From Podarcis bocagei (Eukaryota): a stretch of 64,000 nt of DNA. This document shows positions 1 through 12,150 of the stretch, piece after piece; the stretch's first letter is position 1; the number at the start of each line of letters is the position of its first letter. The notes under the pieces are model-generated. The model saw nothing but the letters and a program-made list of their open reading frames with translations, was not told the DNA's origin and made no database searches. Where the stretch lies: the NCBI GenBank assembly GCA_964188305.1, contig OZ076890.1; one strand, given 5' to 3'. Made by a program: the position numbers and the translations under genes.

Positions 1-1251
1 AAGCACAAATCATTTTTCTCTCAAGTTTTGCTAAACCCATTAATACTGGTGAGTTTTGGCTCCATATATGCCCTGGCACATTGGTTCTCTGCTCTGTCTG
101 GTGCATTCTCATTAATTCTTTATTGCTGGGACTGTCAGCAGAGGTTCCCCTAAAATCAAAGACTTGGACTTCCCTTATCAGTGTTAAATTGCATTTAATT
201 ATCATTAGAAAATCTAACAGAAGTTCCAAGCATCCCTGAGAAACTATCATTAAGCCAGCAGTACAGATGGTCCCAAGATTTGGGATAACTCTTTCTGTTA
301 CTCCTAGACTGAAACAGTTGGCTAGCCAGTGCAATCTTCGCAAATGCAGCATTCTCTATACTCTATTATCTACTGCAAGGGAGCATAAGATAGTCATTCC
401 CATCCCCTCATGAAAGTGAGGGAAGGATAGAAACAATGCAAGTGGGAGTAATTGTATCAGAAATAACACAACATGCTGATGTTAACAGAACCACAGCAGC
501 TACCACTGAAACAAAATCAGACGTAATGATGTTAGAGAGAAAGTCAGCAGAAATTAATCCTAATTCTGGGAAATAATGTGTCAAAGCAAGACAAGACAAC
601 ATTCAGGGCTAAGAACACCACCTTTACTTGCGTAAATTACAGTATGGCCCTAGCTAATCGAGAGTCAGTTTTCTGTGTGTAGTTCTCACAATGCTGGGGT
701 AAGGTTTTTCATTTTAATGTGGCAGGGAGCAGTGACATGGGTAGTCAGCAGATGGATACCTGCACAATCAGCCCCGGCCCATGTGAATGTGTCGTATTTA
801 TCTAAGCTTTATGAGAGTCATTGGTGGAAAACCAGCTCCCACACACCTAGGCCAACTTATAAATGCCCCCTAGATTTCATCCTGATCCATTTTACCATGC
901 TAAGTAAGGGCTATCATATACTAAACTGTCCTGCCAAAGCTGAGCATCTTAGTGGAAAGACCTAGTGAAAGATCCATTAGTGGAAATTATTAGTGGGAAT
1001 ATTAAGCATGATCTTAAGTACATTGAACTCAGTGGGACTTTAATGGGCATGACTTTGGTGAGACTTAACCCCAGCATTGTAAACTCAGTTTCTGTACTTG
1101 GTGCTGCCTACTATTATGTTTATGTACTTATGAAAATGCCCACTTGAGTAAAATCTATATTATATATAACTGGCATATGGCAAAAGCAAGAGTCCTAGCA
1201 TATCTTAAATTATAACACATTTCTTGTGACAATACATTTGCTAGACTTTAT

Positions 1252-1312
1252 AGTGCCATGGGAATCTTAGCTGCTTATGCTGCAACAGACTAATATGGCA
1301 ACTCCTCTAGAA
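1252..1312 (+). mobile_element. Degenerate Penelope-like element end fragment
   Basis: tgctgcaacagactaatatggcaactcctctagaa resembles the sauropsid PLE terminal motif as recalled. Confidence 0.35.
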
Positions 1313-2285
1313 TTTGTAACTGTAATGTAAAATCAGATTGCAGCTAATGGTTTGGTAATGGCAGGCAGGAAAGAACAAGTGAAACCTTCTTAGTCTTAAC
1401 AAATTGATGCAAACCTATCAGTGTGAGAAGCCTCTGAAAGTGTTGCTCAGTGCAATGTCTGCCTATTTGTAGCAGCACCTGATCACTGTGATGGAAACAG
1501 GGTCTAGTCCCCCAAAAGGAATTAAGGCCCACACCAATTTAGGAATACTTCCACAAAACCATGTATTATGACACTATGCACCACTGGTAACAGCAGAGAA
1601 GTATCAAACTCAAATTAGATTAGGAATCACCCTTGGTCTTTCCCAGAGGCAATAAGGTAAGGCAGGTGCACATTTGCAACACAGCAGGGTATTTAATGCC
1701 CACTATCCATGTAACAGGTCAGCAAAGAAACGTACTTCCAGCTGTGAGCACGCATATGGCTTTTTGCAACTCTCTGTCTCAGGGCTCTTTGAAACAGGAG
1801 CCAGAAGGATATGATGGTATAATAAGGAAGTGGCAAGCAGAGACTAGAGAAGCAACATTTCACATATTTGCATTTTGTCAGGTGCCAGTGAATAGAAATG
1901 AGAGTCCAAAGCTGCCGTTGAAATTTCTTCTCCATAGACAACAACACGTTACATTGATACCAGGTAGCTTAACTTGTAGGCTTTTAACAGAACCCCAGAG
2001 ATCCTTTTTAATTATATATAAAAATAACAGAGAGAGCCTATAAACCACTGCCAAGACAATCAACAAAAGGAGTGACTCAGATTTGAAGAAAGCATGCTCA
2101 CCACTAAATTGCTAGCACACAGCAAGCATGCAACATGGATGGAACCAAATTGAGTGCACTGGACTACGAAGCTAAATTTATTATCCTCATATGTTGATAA
2201 AAAACAACAACTAGGGATTACTTAAATGCTGGGAGAAAGGGAGAAGATGCTGAAGCTGTACAGATGAGAATACTATTTATGTCCT

Positions 2286-2301
2286 TCTCTGTCTCTGTCT
2301 C

Positions 2302-2354
<53 letters not shown>
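2286..2354. repeat. Compound (TC)n(CA)n microsatellite
   Basis: Seen directly. Confidence 0.95.
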
Positions 2355-2575
2355 AACTGCAACTCCGTGTCAAATAAGCAGTGACAAAAAAAAGTCATTT
2401 TCATGCTTGACATAATTTCCCTGTGGCATTGTGCCACCTCCACAAAGTCATCCATAACTCTTCTCCTGCTTGAAACAATCTCTAACATGCCAGTCTCCTT
2501 AATGACGGAGGTACCCCCTGACGGTGCTTAACATTTAAGAGTGCTGGAGCACCACGTTTGCCCAAGCAACCTTTT

Positions 2576-2795
2576 NNNNNNNNNNNNNNNNNNNNNNNNN
2601 NNNNNNNNNNNNNNNNNNNNNNNNNNNNNNNNNNNNNNNNNNNNNNNNNNNNNNNNNNNNNNNNNNNNNNNNNNNNNNNNNNNNNNNNNNNNNNNNNNNN
2701 NNNNNNNNNNNNNNNNNNNNNNNNNNNNNNNNNNNNNNNNNNNNNNNNNNNNNNNNNNNNNNNNNNNNNNNNNNNNNNNNNNNNNNNNNNNNNNN
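2576..2795. other. Assembly gap (220 N)
   Basis: Run of N. Confidence 1.
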
Positions 2796-3251
2796 ATATA
2801 TATATGCTGAAAAAAACACAAGAGGACAAAATTTGAAACCTGGGCTGAAGGAAACCTGTGACCCATTTTCTCCTCAATAACCTATGTTCTGACACCTTGC
2901 CAAATATGTACTCTGCATTATAATCTCTTTTCCTCATCTGCAGTTGTCTTTTAACATCAGCATTCCACCACAATCACAAAACGTTATGTCGTATCAATGG
3001 CATGTACCATAATATTATGCTTGCAACTTGTTAAAAGGTTTCACTTTCCTTATCTGATGCAAACAACACAATCTAGCTGACTCCTCCATCTACCTTTAGG
3101 AAGGATTTGGTTTTAATGGAGAAGACTTGGCAGCTGGCAAAACCTTGTAATAAAATGATAGACAATAAAAAACAAAACATTTGCTCGACTAAAAAAGGCT
3201 ACAAATCTCCATGGTATGGAAAGCACTCCTTCACTCAGCTGCATTTCCATT

Positions 3252-3375
3252 TAGGAAGATTTAAGAGAGATAAAAGAAAATACTTCTTCATGTGGCACAT
3301 GGTCAATCTATGGAACTCCTTGTTCCAGGAAGCAGCAATGAACACCAGCCTGGATGGCTTGAGAAGGCAGATGAA
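3252..3375 (+). mobile_element. CR1 LINE ORF2 3' fragment
   Basis: Encodes GRFKRDKRKYFF..VNLWNSL....SLDGL, a typical CR1 ORF2 C-terminus. Confidence 0.75.
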
Positions 3376-5053
3376 TGCAAGGCCATTTCTCAGGCTAGAT
3401 TTGAAAGATGCTTGCTTTTTTTTAGGAGTCATACTGTTGCCTAAACAGGCATGAAACTGGGAGCTCCAAGATTGCAAGGGGTGAGGTCCCCTCCCAACAA
3501 CCCACACACCTAACATTTATTGGGGTGTTTTCCTTTCAATTGCAGGTTACAAATTAGCCCCTCTCTTGTATTAACTGATTGTCAAGAGTGGGGCTGCCCT
3601 GCTTGCCCTTGCCCTGAACGCCCACTTGGTAGTGTGAACATCAGATCCAAGGAAGGATATGGGTGAACCACCACATGGCCCCATGTTGTAGTACCCACAT
3701 GAAGTATCCTTCACGTGATGAAGGCATGAAGGGGGTTATTGTAACACAAACATATATGCTTAAAATGGGGTTGAAATGCAGAAGGACATACTGTAAAAGG
3801 CATCTGCAGACATTAGATTATTATGCTCTCAAATATTATCCCCATAGTACTCATGCAATTATTTTCCTGATCTCCAAAACATCCACTAATTACTAATACA
3901 GTATATTCAGCATTCAAAACAAAGTTATGGTGGAATTCAACATCATGCTCTTCCAGTTGTTTCATTGGTGCAAGCATTTCAGTCTCTGCATTTCTGAACA
4001 CAGCAATAGTTTCACAGACTTGATAGCTATTGTAGTCAACAATAAAATGGAACTGTGGTGTCACAATGGTAGATGAGGCCATGATAGTACTAGTAAGGGG
4101 GGCTCTTATTTAGCCCTTGCACTATTCTACGGAAAGCTGCTTAACCCTTTCCCTCCATACTCCTTATTCACTCAAAATCATCCACCCAGCTGCTTTTCTT
4201 CCATTAGGGAAAAACTATAGGAAACACATAATGTTCCTCTCCTTCCATAAATGAAAAAGCGGCTGAGGAGGGAGGGAAAATCTGAGGAAATGAGTAGCAG
4301 GAAAGGAAACAGGTCAGCAGCTCACCACCACTGCCCCTCCCCTGCATTCAGTTGCAACAAAGCACTGAAGGAAACTGCATAAGATGTAAAAGCATCACAT
4401 GACCTCCGACCATGCTCTGAACCCCTCCCTCTTCTCATCATTAGAATGCGAGCTGGAGTCAGATGAGCAAAAGGGAAAGGGATGAATAAAAATTACCAGG
4501 ACTGCCAGATCTTGTATCTGAACACACGTGTTGCATAATAAACAGGAGGAAAACCCATTTTCAAAGGTTATCTGAAAGCATGTTAAATAGTTGACTATTC
4601 AGCGAAGCGAAAAATAGATCCAGCGGATGAAATAATAAAACTCCTGGGACAACAGATCCACACACTATTTAGCAGAGAATGAGGTTCTGTATAAAAGGCA
4701 ACAGAAGCAACATTTCCTATGGTACTTATGGAAAATGATGGCATGCAAGCAAAGACTAGTGAAACATTAAACTATTCAGCAACAGCTGTTTAGAGCTTTT
4801 TCTTAGAAGATGCACACAGCTGCATTTCAGGGTGGTAATGCATCTTTATTTTATTTCTTTCCTGAAGCTGTTTCCCATGCAGGATTTCAGAGGAAAATAT
4901 TATGCTCTCTTGAAAAATATATTAAAGCTGCATGGAGAGCAGTTGTTTTGTTAAAAATGTGCACTCCAATGTAATGAAACCTTACACTGATTTTTGTTCA
5001 AATGCACTTTACAGGTTTAGCAATACACCAGCACTCAATATTCAAAATGAATC

Positions 5054-5056
<3 letters not shown>

Positions 5057-5098
<42 letters not shown>
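5057..5098. repeat. (GT)n microsatellite
   Basis: Seen directly. Confidence 0.95.
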
Positions 5099-5099
<1 letters not shown>

Positions 5100-6217
5100 C
5101 AGATAAACTGCTTAGAATGGTAATTTATTATAGACTCGTACATGGTAAATCTACAAGTTTCGCCGCCTTTCCATCAACAAAGAGGGATATTTAATTTAAT
5201 CCTTCATCCACTCCTTGTCTGAAATAAGCAGATAGTAAGTCTTCTTCTCCTACAGTTATGCACTTAAAATAATGCCACTGTCAAGTGCCACCCCAGCAAG
5301 CCAGAAAATTACATGCTGCCACACTCTTCATGTAGCTTTTGACATGCTAATATTTTTATTTCATTTTATGACCATATAACAGACTTTTTGCCCTCCTATA
5401 AAAACATTGTTTGACAAGAACTAAAAATAAAATAAAAATCCTAGGAAATATATTACATAAAGGGGGGTTCGTGAATAAATAATCCAGCAATATGGGGAAA
5501 GTAGACATTTCTACTTGTGACTATATCGCTCTAAAAATTTGGAAAGTGTACAAAAAGCTATAAAGGACTGAATGAGCCCAGGGATATTTTTACATCATGT
5601 GCCCGTCAAAGGGGTGGGAAGTTGAAACTTGTAACTGAACAATGTCCCCCCCCCCAAATTATACAATATTTTCCTGAATTATAGCAGAGGTGGGCAACTT
5701 CCATATACTTTGAGACTATTTTAGGCTCCAGACAGTGGCCGAGAGACTGGCAGTGTATTTTACTGCAGAACCTGACCTGCTCCCAATAGCTTAGACAAAT
5801 GTTGTTTTTAAAAGGCTTCCTTACATATCTTTGTTTGCTTTCTGCAAATTGCTGCAGCACTGCTTGCAAAGTGTGCAGGGTCATACCACTGTATCTGTAG
5901 ATACATGGAGGGAGCAGATGCCTTAGCCAGCAGCAGCCTTTTGCTCCAAGGTTAACATCTCTCCTAATTTATCAAGTGAACTGAAATGCCTTGAATTCCA
6001 TTACAGACAAGTTCACACTGGAGTCTGTGAACCAGACCCCACATGTACAGAAGCCTCTGGCTAGCTGTAATAGCTATGGATTCTAGAGTTGCTGCTGGCA
6101 CCTGGGGAGTATTCCTGCTCAATCCCTCTGCTTCCACCACTCTCCATCTCCGTAGTGACTGCCTTCTTTGGGCAGCAGAGAGGAAGGATGAGGAGATTTT
6201 TGATGACAGGATTTTGT

Positions 6218-6710
6218 CAGCACCAACACTTTGAATTGTGCTGGAAACGTACTAGGAGCCAATGCAGATCTCTCAGGACCGGTGTTATGTGGTCCCGGTG
6301 GCCAGTCCCAGTCACCAGTCCAGCTGCCGCATTCTGGATTAGTTGTAGTTTCCAGGTCACCTTCAAAGGTACCCCCACATTGAGCGCATTGCAGTAGTCC
6401 AAGCGGGAGATAACCAGAGCATGCACCACTCTGGCGAGACAGTCCGCGGGCAGGTAGGGTCTCAGCCTGCGTACCAGATGGAGCTGGTAAACAGCTGCCC
6501 TGGACACAGCATTTTCCTGCGCCTCCATGGACAGCTGTGAGTCCAGAATGACTCCCAGGCTGCGCACCTGGTCCTTCAGGGGCACAGTTACCCCATTCAG
6601 AACCAGAGAGTCCTCCACACCTTCCCGTCTCCTGTCCCCCCCCAACAGTATTTCTGTCTTCAGCCTCAATCTGTTAGCCACCATCCATCCTCCAACCACT
6701 TCCAGACGCT
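6218..6710 (-). mobile_element. L2-clade LINE ORF2 fragment
   Basis: ORF 6217-6699 has RSLGVILDSQLS, SRLDYCNAL, KLQLIQNAAA and HITPVLRDLHWL, all L2 hallmarks. Confidence 0.9.
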
Positions 6711-8429
6711 CCTACACACATGCCTACAGACATATGTACAAACACCTCACAATTGAGTTACAGCTCAGCTTATGGACAAAGCAATACTGAAATGCTTTTA
6801 CTTTACCGAAATGTTCTGACATTAAGGTAGAATTAGTAGAGTGGAGTTATCAAAGAACTGACAAGTCTAAAGCCAAAACTTACGTAAAGCACAAAAAAAC
6901 ACTGCATTTAACGTGCAGGCACCTTTTGACAGGCAACAGGTTGATAAAAGCTTAATGGAAGGGCGATGCCATCAGCAACCTGGCAGCTGGACTTCCAGAA
7001 CTCCCCCTTCTTCCAGTCAAGGCTGTGTTGCAGCCTCCCCCAGCATGTAACATGGAGATTTTGAAGCCTTCTAAGGACAACTGTTCCTTTCAAACTCATA
7101 CAGTTGGCAGAAAGATTCATGGACATATTTGAGCCATAAATAAAATAACTTTCTGACTTTCAAGCTGCACTACAATTTTTCACCGGAGAAGCAAGAATTG
7201 CCCAGACAGCTGCCAAGTCCCTCAGAGATGCAGTTTCTCTGGTTAACTCATTCCTTCCACAGGTTTCACACTTGAAAATCAGATGCCTCTTTTGCTGTTC
7301 CATATAGCCACCTTCAATTTATGCCTTCAAAAGCAAAGTCTCCTGTCAGGTGCGGTAATTGTGAGACAATGTTTCACAGTCAACAAATAAGCAAGTGAGC
7401 AGGAAGTCTCCTATTTAAGCACTCACTTCACCAGCTAGCCTTAGGCAAGCTATTTTCCCAGCCTCAAGCTCCAATTGTGAGCAATAATATAATTTAGGGT
7501 ATTGTTATGATTAACATTTATTGATATGGTGCTATCTATGCACATGGTTCTGTACACAATTAAAATAAGAAATGCTAAACCAAGGGGCACCCAATCTAAA
7601 TCAATGGATATAGAAAATACAATAAAAATTAATAGTTTAACATATACACTTCGAAAGTCATTCTATCAGGCATAATAAAACCAGCTAACCAAGGCTTCAG
7701 AAAAAGCTAAGTTTTCAAGAAAAAAATAATAATATATGGAGAGGGGGCAGTCCACAAATGTTCCAGAAGACAATTCCAAGCATATTGAGCAGCAAGAGAA
7801 GGAGGACAAAGATGCAATAAAGAACAAAAAACCCTAGGATGAGGAGGAGAGAGACCAGGCCTTTAGCATGACCCCAAGGCTGAAAGATAGGAAGGAGACT
7901 GACTGTGAAGAGCTTAAAGAGTAAAGGCAAGAAGCTTATGAAGCATTCTAGAGTTAGCAGCCAGACGGTGGAGAGACTACAGAAGATGAGAAATTGCAGA
8001 AGAGGGTCCAACTCCAGGAAAGTAATAACGACAGTAATAACCCTGCAAACTGTGGTATGAATTACTGAGAAAATGTACATATCAAGTGCTATGAATCATC
8101 AGATTATTATTATTAAACCTTAACTTGATAATGAATAAAATATCATCCTATGCACACTTAGGTCACAGTAAGACCCATTCAAATCAATGGGGCCTACCTC
8201 TATGTAGGTCTGCATAGGACTGTACTGTTAAATGCCAGAGAGCTGCTCTGCACATTCCACTGAGAGACAAAAACTATACAGACTAGAATAAAAACTAGTA
8301 AAGGGCAGTGTTAAAGAAGCTTTGTTAGCTCCTTGCTCTTGGTGTAAAGATCAAGCTTGAGTTGGAAGGTGCATTTATCACTGTTTCTTAGATGGATACG
8401 GCAGATTTCACTCTCAGTATCTGTGGCAC

Positions 8430-8900
8430 AGTAGGTACCCTGCGGTTCTTTAGCTGTTGTTGAGACTCCAGCTTCCATCAGCTCCAGCCAGCATGGCCAG
8501 TAGTCAGGGATAATGGAAGCTAGAGGCGCCAGGAGAAGGGGAGGGGGCAACATTGTGCAGTGCGTCGCATTGCGTGCAGGACATCTGGATATTGGTGGAG
8601 CCGAATACAGTGGCAGCACAGCGGCAGCACAGGAGCTGAGTGGTTTCAATGGCCAGCAGCTCCTCCTCTTCCTGCCGCCACCACCAGCCAGGGGATGCTT
8701 TTGTGCTCCTTCTCCTCTGCGGCAGGAGGAAGAGGAGGAGGAGGAGGTGGTGGCAGCCACTGAAGCCTCCTCTGTTGCTTTTGAACATTGTGGGAGCTGG
8801 CCCAATCCCAAAAAGTATTGGGCGGGACATAAAGGGCTCAGCTCCTAGGAGATGGGACCCCTGATGGAAGCTGTATGGAGGGCCACGGGTTAGCAATCTC
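8430..8900. mobile_element. Old palindromic squamate MITE split by a younger insertion
   Basis: The ...ctccagcttccatcagctccagccagcatggccagtagtcagggataatggaagc core resumes after 8871 (tgtatggagggcca). Confidence 0.55.
8521..8863. mobile_element. hAT-type non-autonomous element
   Basis: 8-bp TSD atggaagc (8513-8520 and 8864-8871) with degenerate TIRs tagaggcgcca / tgggacccctg. Confidence 0.7.
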
Positions 8901-9814
8901 TCATCTAAGAGATGTATTTTGCGTTCTATTTCTATTGGTAGTCCAGTGTGGATGAACCAGTCATTCAAACTTCAAACAGAGAGCTGTAAATAGAATAGAA
9001 ATAGAAACAGAAATACTTTATTGTCACTGTACCACTTGTTTACAGTGAGATTAAACAAGCCCCCCTCCCCCCAATCTCTCAGTCCTTGTTACACTCTGTG
9101 TGCTGTCGTACGACCACCAACCCCAAACATCAGCTGCAATGTTGCTATCTTCCATTCAGCACCCTCATGACCCACGGGTAGAAACTGTTCTTTAACCTGT
9201 TGGTCCGGCTTATCATGCTTCTATATCTCCTGCCCAAGGGCAGGATATTAAAAAGGTGCTGCCAGGGTGTGAGTCATCCCTGAGAATGTTCCTCGCTCTT
9301 CTGAGGCAATGGTCTCCTGTGATGACATCTAGCGGACTCAGGGGACAGCCCATGATATCGTGTGCTGTCTTTTTTTTATATATATATAAAATTTTTATTA
9401 GGATTTTCTCATTTTTTAAGACAAACACACAAAAACATAAACATCAACCTTACACACAAATAACACATATAATTTCAAAATCTTATTTTCTTAACCACTT
9501 TCCCGGACTTCCACCACCTCCCCTTCTTGCATCCCCATTCAGAATTTAGCCCAGCAAGTTCTTTGTACCCAAATTAATCCCTTATAAATATTTTACTTAA
9601 ATTTTCTTAATTAACCATTTTCAAACTTCTATACCTCATTTTAATACCCACAGCAACCCCTTTTTCTAAGATCGATCCACATTCCCTTTCACGGAATTCC
9701 CAATTATTAAAATATTTACAAAAAATCTTAACAAATAAGAGCATATACTTGTAACCCTTTGGATTCTAAGGTTCTTCCCCCCCTCCCCCGGTTTTGATCC
9801 CTAAAAAATTGTTC

Positions 9815-10417
9815 TCAGCCTGGATCTATCACATCCGAGGCCTTTAAATCTCTTTCAGTCCCTTTCAGCCGGTTTTGTTGACTGTCCTTTATGTTGAATA
9901 TCCAATCTCGGAGCATCTTTGACCCAAAAGGGTCCAAATTTTTTCCAACCAGTCCTCCATATTCAAAGGAAGAGTCCAGATCCTGCTTCTTGTTCTTTCC
10001 AAGTCCAAATATCCCAAATGTCTCAAACGTTCCAATTTTCACCTTAGCCAAATTTGTAATCCATAAGTCTTCCGGACTCCCCATGGGGAAAAATCCCCAC
10101 TCTTCACTCTCAATTTCAAACCAAATTTTTGAGATCCGAACTTTATCTTCCGTATGTCCTGACCTTAGAGGCCTCTTGTTGTCCTTTTTCACTTGCATCA
10201 TTTCTGCTCCTTCTCCACATTCCTCCAAAACAGCACATATATCTTGCTTCCCAGCTGTAGATTCTTCTTGAGTCAAATCCACCACCTCAGCAGAGTTGTT
10301 TATTTTAAAATTCAAGATTGTCAGATTCGTAGCCATAACAAAACTCTGCTCTTGCAGCTTTCCCAGAAGTTCAAAGACCCTATCCAACTCTGCTTGTAAT
10401 TTTCCATCTGCAGCCAT
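9815..10417 (-). CDS. 200-aa ORF of the retro-insert; heptad-like N-terminus, ends DVIDPG*
   Basis: ATG in strong Kozak context (acaATGg) and 603 nt uninterrupted. LQAELDRVFELLGKLQEQ..LTILNFKINNS looks coiled-coil-like. Confidence 0.6.
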   Translation of the reverse strand: MAADGKLQAELDRVFELLGKLQEQSFVMATNLTILNFKINNSAEVVDLTQEESTAGKQDICAVLEECGEGAEMMQVKKDNKRPLRSGHTEDKVRISKIWFEIESEEWGFFPMGSPEDLWITNLAKVKIGTFETFGIFGLGKNKKQDLDSSFEYGGLVGKNLDPFGSKMLRDWIFNIKDSQQNRLKGTERDLKASDVIDPG

Positions 10418-11166
10418 TGTAATGTCCCAAATCCCCTCTAGAGGGATTTTGGTTACTAAGTGTTCTTTTTCCAACAATCCGGATATTTTGTTATTATTGC
10501 CACTCTAATTTTAAAAGCTTACAGTCCAATGTAACAAAAATAACCGGCACAAATAACAAAAAACAGAATTTCTTGACTTTGACAGCTCAGTTGACAGCTG
10601 TCAAACTCTGTAAATATCTTCACAGGCTCCCTCACGGGTCGCTCCCGGATCCGGGGGGGGGGTTACTCTTCAACTCTAAAGATCAATTCAAATCCTCCAG
10701 CGATAAACTTATAAGTCCAAATCGTGAAATTAAGAATTTTATCTCAAAAAGAGAAAGACAGTCTCTCGATCTTAGTTGTTTAATTCTTGCTTTAGATTGC
10801 CTGCAAGGGGAGGGGAGGCGGACTTCCTTTTGACACCTCCCCCCGTCGTACCGAATTCAATTAAAAGAATTTTTAATTCGAAATTCCGTATTACTCACGG
10901 GTTGTTGCATTTTGAGTCCAAATGTTCAAGGAAAAAAGTCAGCGCTATCCAGCCATGGCTTGCTGCTTCACTCCGTGGAAGAAGCGGTCTACTCACAGCA
11001 CCATGCCACTCCCCGCACCCTCTCCAAAGCCTTTAAAAAGGCTTCTTTGTGGGTCGGGGGGGTGCAAATGGTGCCCGCCGAGTCACCAAGTCCACAGGCA
11101 TCCGCGCCTGTGGTTTCTAAGGGTCCCCGCGTCGCCGCCGCGGCAGGACCCCTCCTCCACTGAGCC

Positions 11167-11226
11167 GATTCCCTCCGGAGCTCGGAGGGAATCCGCCATT
11201 AGCTGGTCGCACCAACCCGGAAGTCC
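11167..11226 (-). promoter_or_regulatory. L1-type internal promoter signature at the 5' end of the insert
   Basis: Minus strand reads GGACTTCCGG (ETS-like, 11217-11226), then AATGGCGG (YY1-like, 11193-11200), overlapping a perfect 11-bp hairpin at 11167-11193. Confidence 0.55.
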
Positions 11227-11377
11227 TAACTGTAGCGATATCGTGTGCTGTCTTCACCACCCTCTGTAGGGACTTTCTGTCCATGGCTGTCAAACCAGCG
11301 TACCACATCATAATACAGTATGAAAGAACACTTTCGATTGTGGACCAATAGAAGGAAATCATCAATTGCTGTCTAAC

Positions 11378-11534
11378 CAGTGGTGTAGCGTGGGGGGTGC
11401 AGGGGGGGCCGGCTGCACCGGCCGCAACATCGGGGGGGGGCACGAAGAAGAGACTCGAGTGCTAAAATCCACGGGTTAGGGGGCGCAAATTACTTGCCTT
11501 GCCCCGGGTGCTGACAACCCACGCTACGCCACTG
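11378..11534. mobile_element. hAT MITE (157 bp) nested in the Rex1 LINE
   Basis: TIRs cagtggtgtagcgtggg / cccacgctacgccactg and 8-bp TSD tgtctaac. Confidence 0.92.
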
Positions 11535-11947
11535 TGTCTAACATTGTTCTTTCACAAGACCCTAAGGAAATGAAGTCTCTGTTGGGCCTTCCTAACCACC
11601 TGGGCTATATTGACCTTCTACGTAAGGTCTTCACTAAGATGGACTCCCAGGAATTTAAAGAAAGAGACTCTCTCCACACAGCCCCCCGATATACAACGGG
11701 GCTAGCTCCCCTCTCTTCTTCTGAAAGTCCAACACCATCTCCTTTGTCTTGCCAATGTTTAGGTGCAGATTGTTCTCTGAGCTCCATGTGGATACCTTTT
11801 GAACCTCCCCCCATACGCAGATTCGTCTCTGCCTGTAATTAAACCCATTATGTTCGTGTCATCAGCAAACTTAATAATTGCAGTAGAAGGGTCAGATGAA
11901 ATGCAATCATATGTATACAGCAAATACAGGTACTTCAGTGAGATGTC

Positions 11948-12150
11948 TTGTTGTTGTTGTTTTAGTGTTTATAATATTAACTTGTAAGATATGGATTTGT
12001 GGGTTTTTTGTTTTTTGTTGTTGATTTTTAAAAAGTTTTTGAATGTTGATTTTTGTGTGTTGTGTATTGTTATTTTTTGATATCTTTCGTGCTGTTGTTG
12101 TGTGGAAAATACTAATAAAATTTATTTTTTTTAAAAAAGGGAAAAAAGAA
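11948..12150 (+). mobile_element. Short 3' end of an L1-type poly(A) element
   Basis: T-rich 3' UTR, aataaa and A-rich tail; possible gagatgt duplication flanking it. Confidence 0.45.

Larger units (their letters stand above)
9372..11236 (-). mobile_element. Full-length 1.87-kb non-autonomous poly(A) retroelement (HAL1-like architecture)
   Basis: Perfect 18-bp TSD gatatcgtgtgctgtctt (9354-9371 and 11237-11254). On the minus strand: AATAAA at 9394-9399 followed by an (AT)n/poly(A) tail, a GC-rich 5' end and a single long ORF. Confidence 0.85.
8989..11932 (-). mobile_element. Rex1/Babar-type LINE, 5'-truncated and interrupted by two insertions
   Basis: Minus strand encodes LYTYDC..IIKFADDT (about 11850-11930), FYWSTIESVLSYCIMMWY..SLQRVVKTAHDI, then IMGCPLSPL..CLRRARNILRDDSHP. 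Ends in a (ttcta)n-like tail near 8990. The reading frame is colinear once the inserts are removed. Confidence 0.85.

Noticed and set aside
2482-2973. ORFs spanning N runs (also 50342-50826)
   Set aside because: Artefacts of assembly gaps.
8311-8968. Several ORFs with poly-Glu/Ser runs
   Set aside because: Come from (GAG)n low complexity inside a hAT element.
9815-9840. DVIDPG as a 2A stop-go peptide
   Set aside because: Does not match D(V/I)ExNPGP and is followed by a stop codon.
9891-10271. 126-aa plus-strand ORF
   Set aside because: Antisense to the retro-insert ORF, Ser/Phe-rich and not protein-like.
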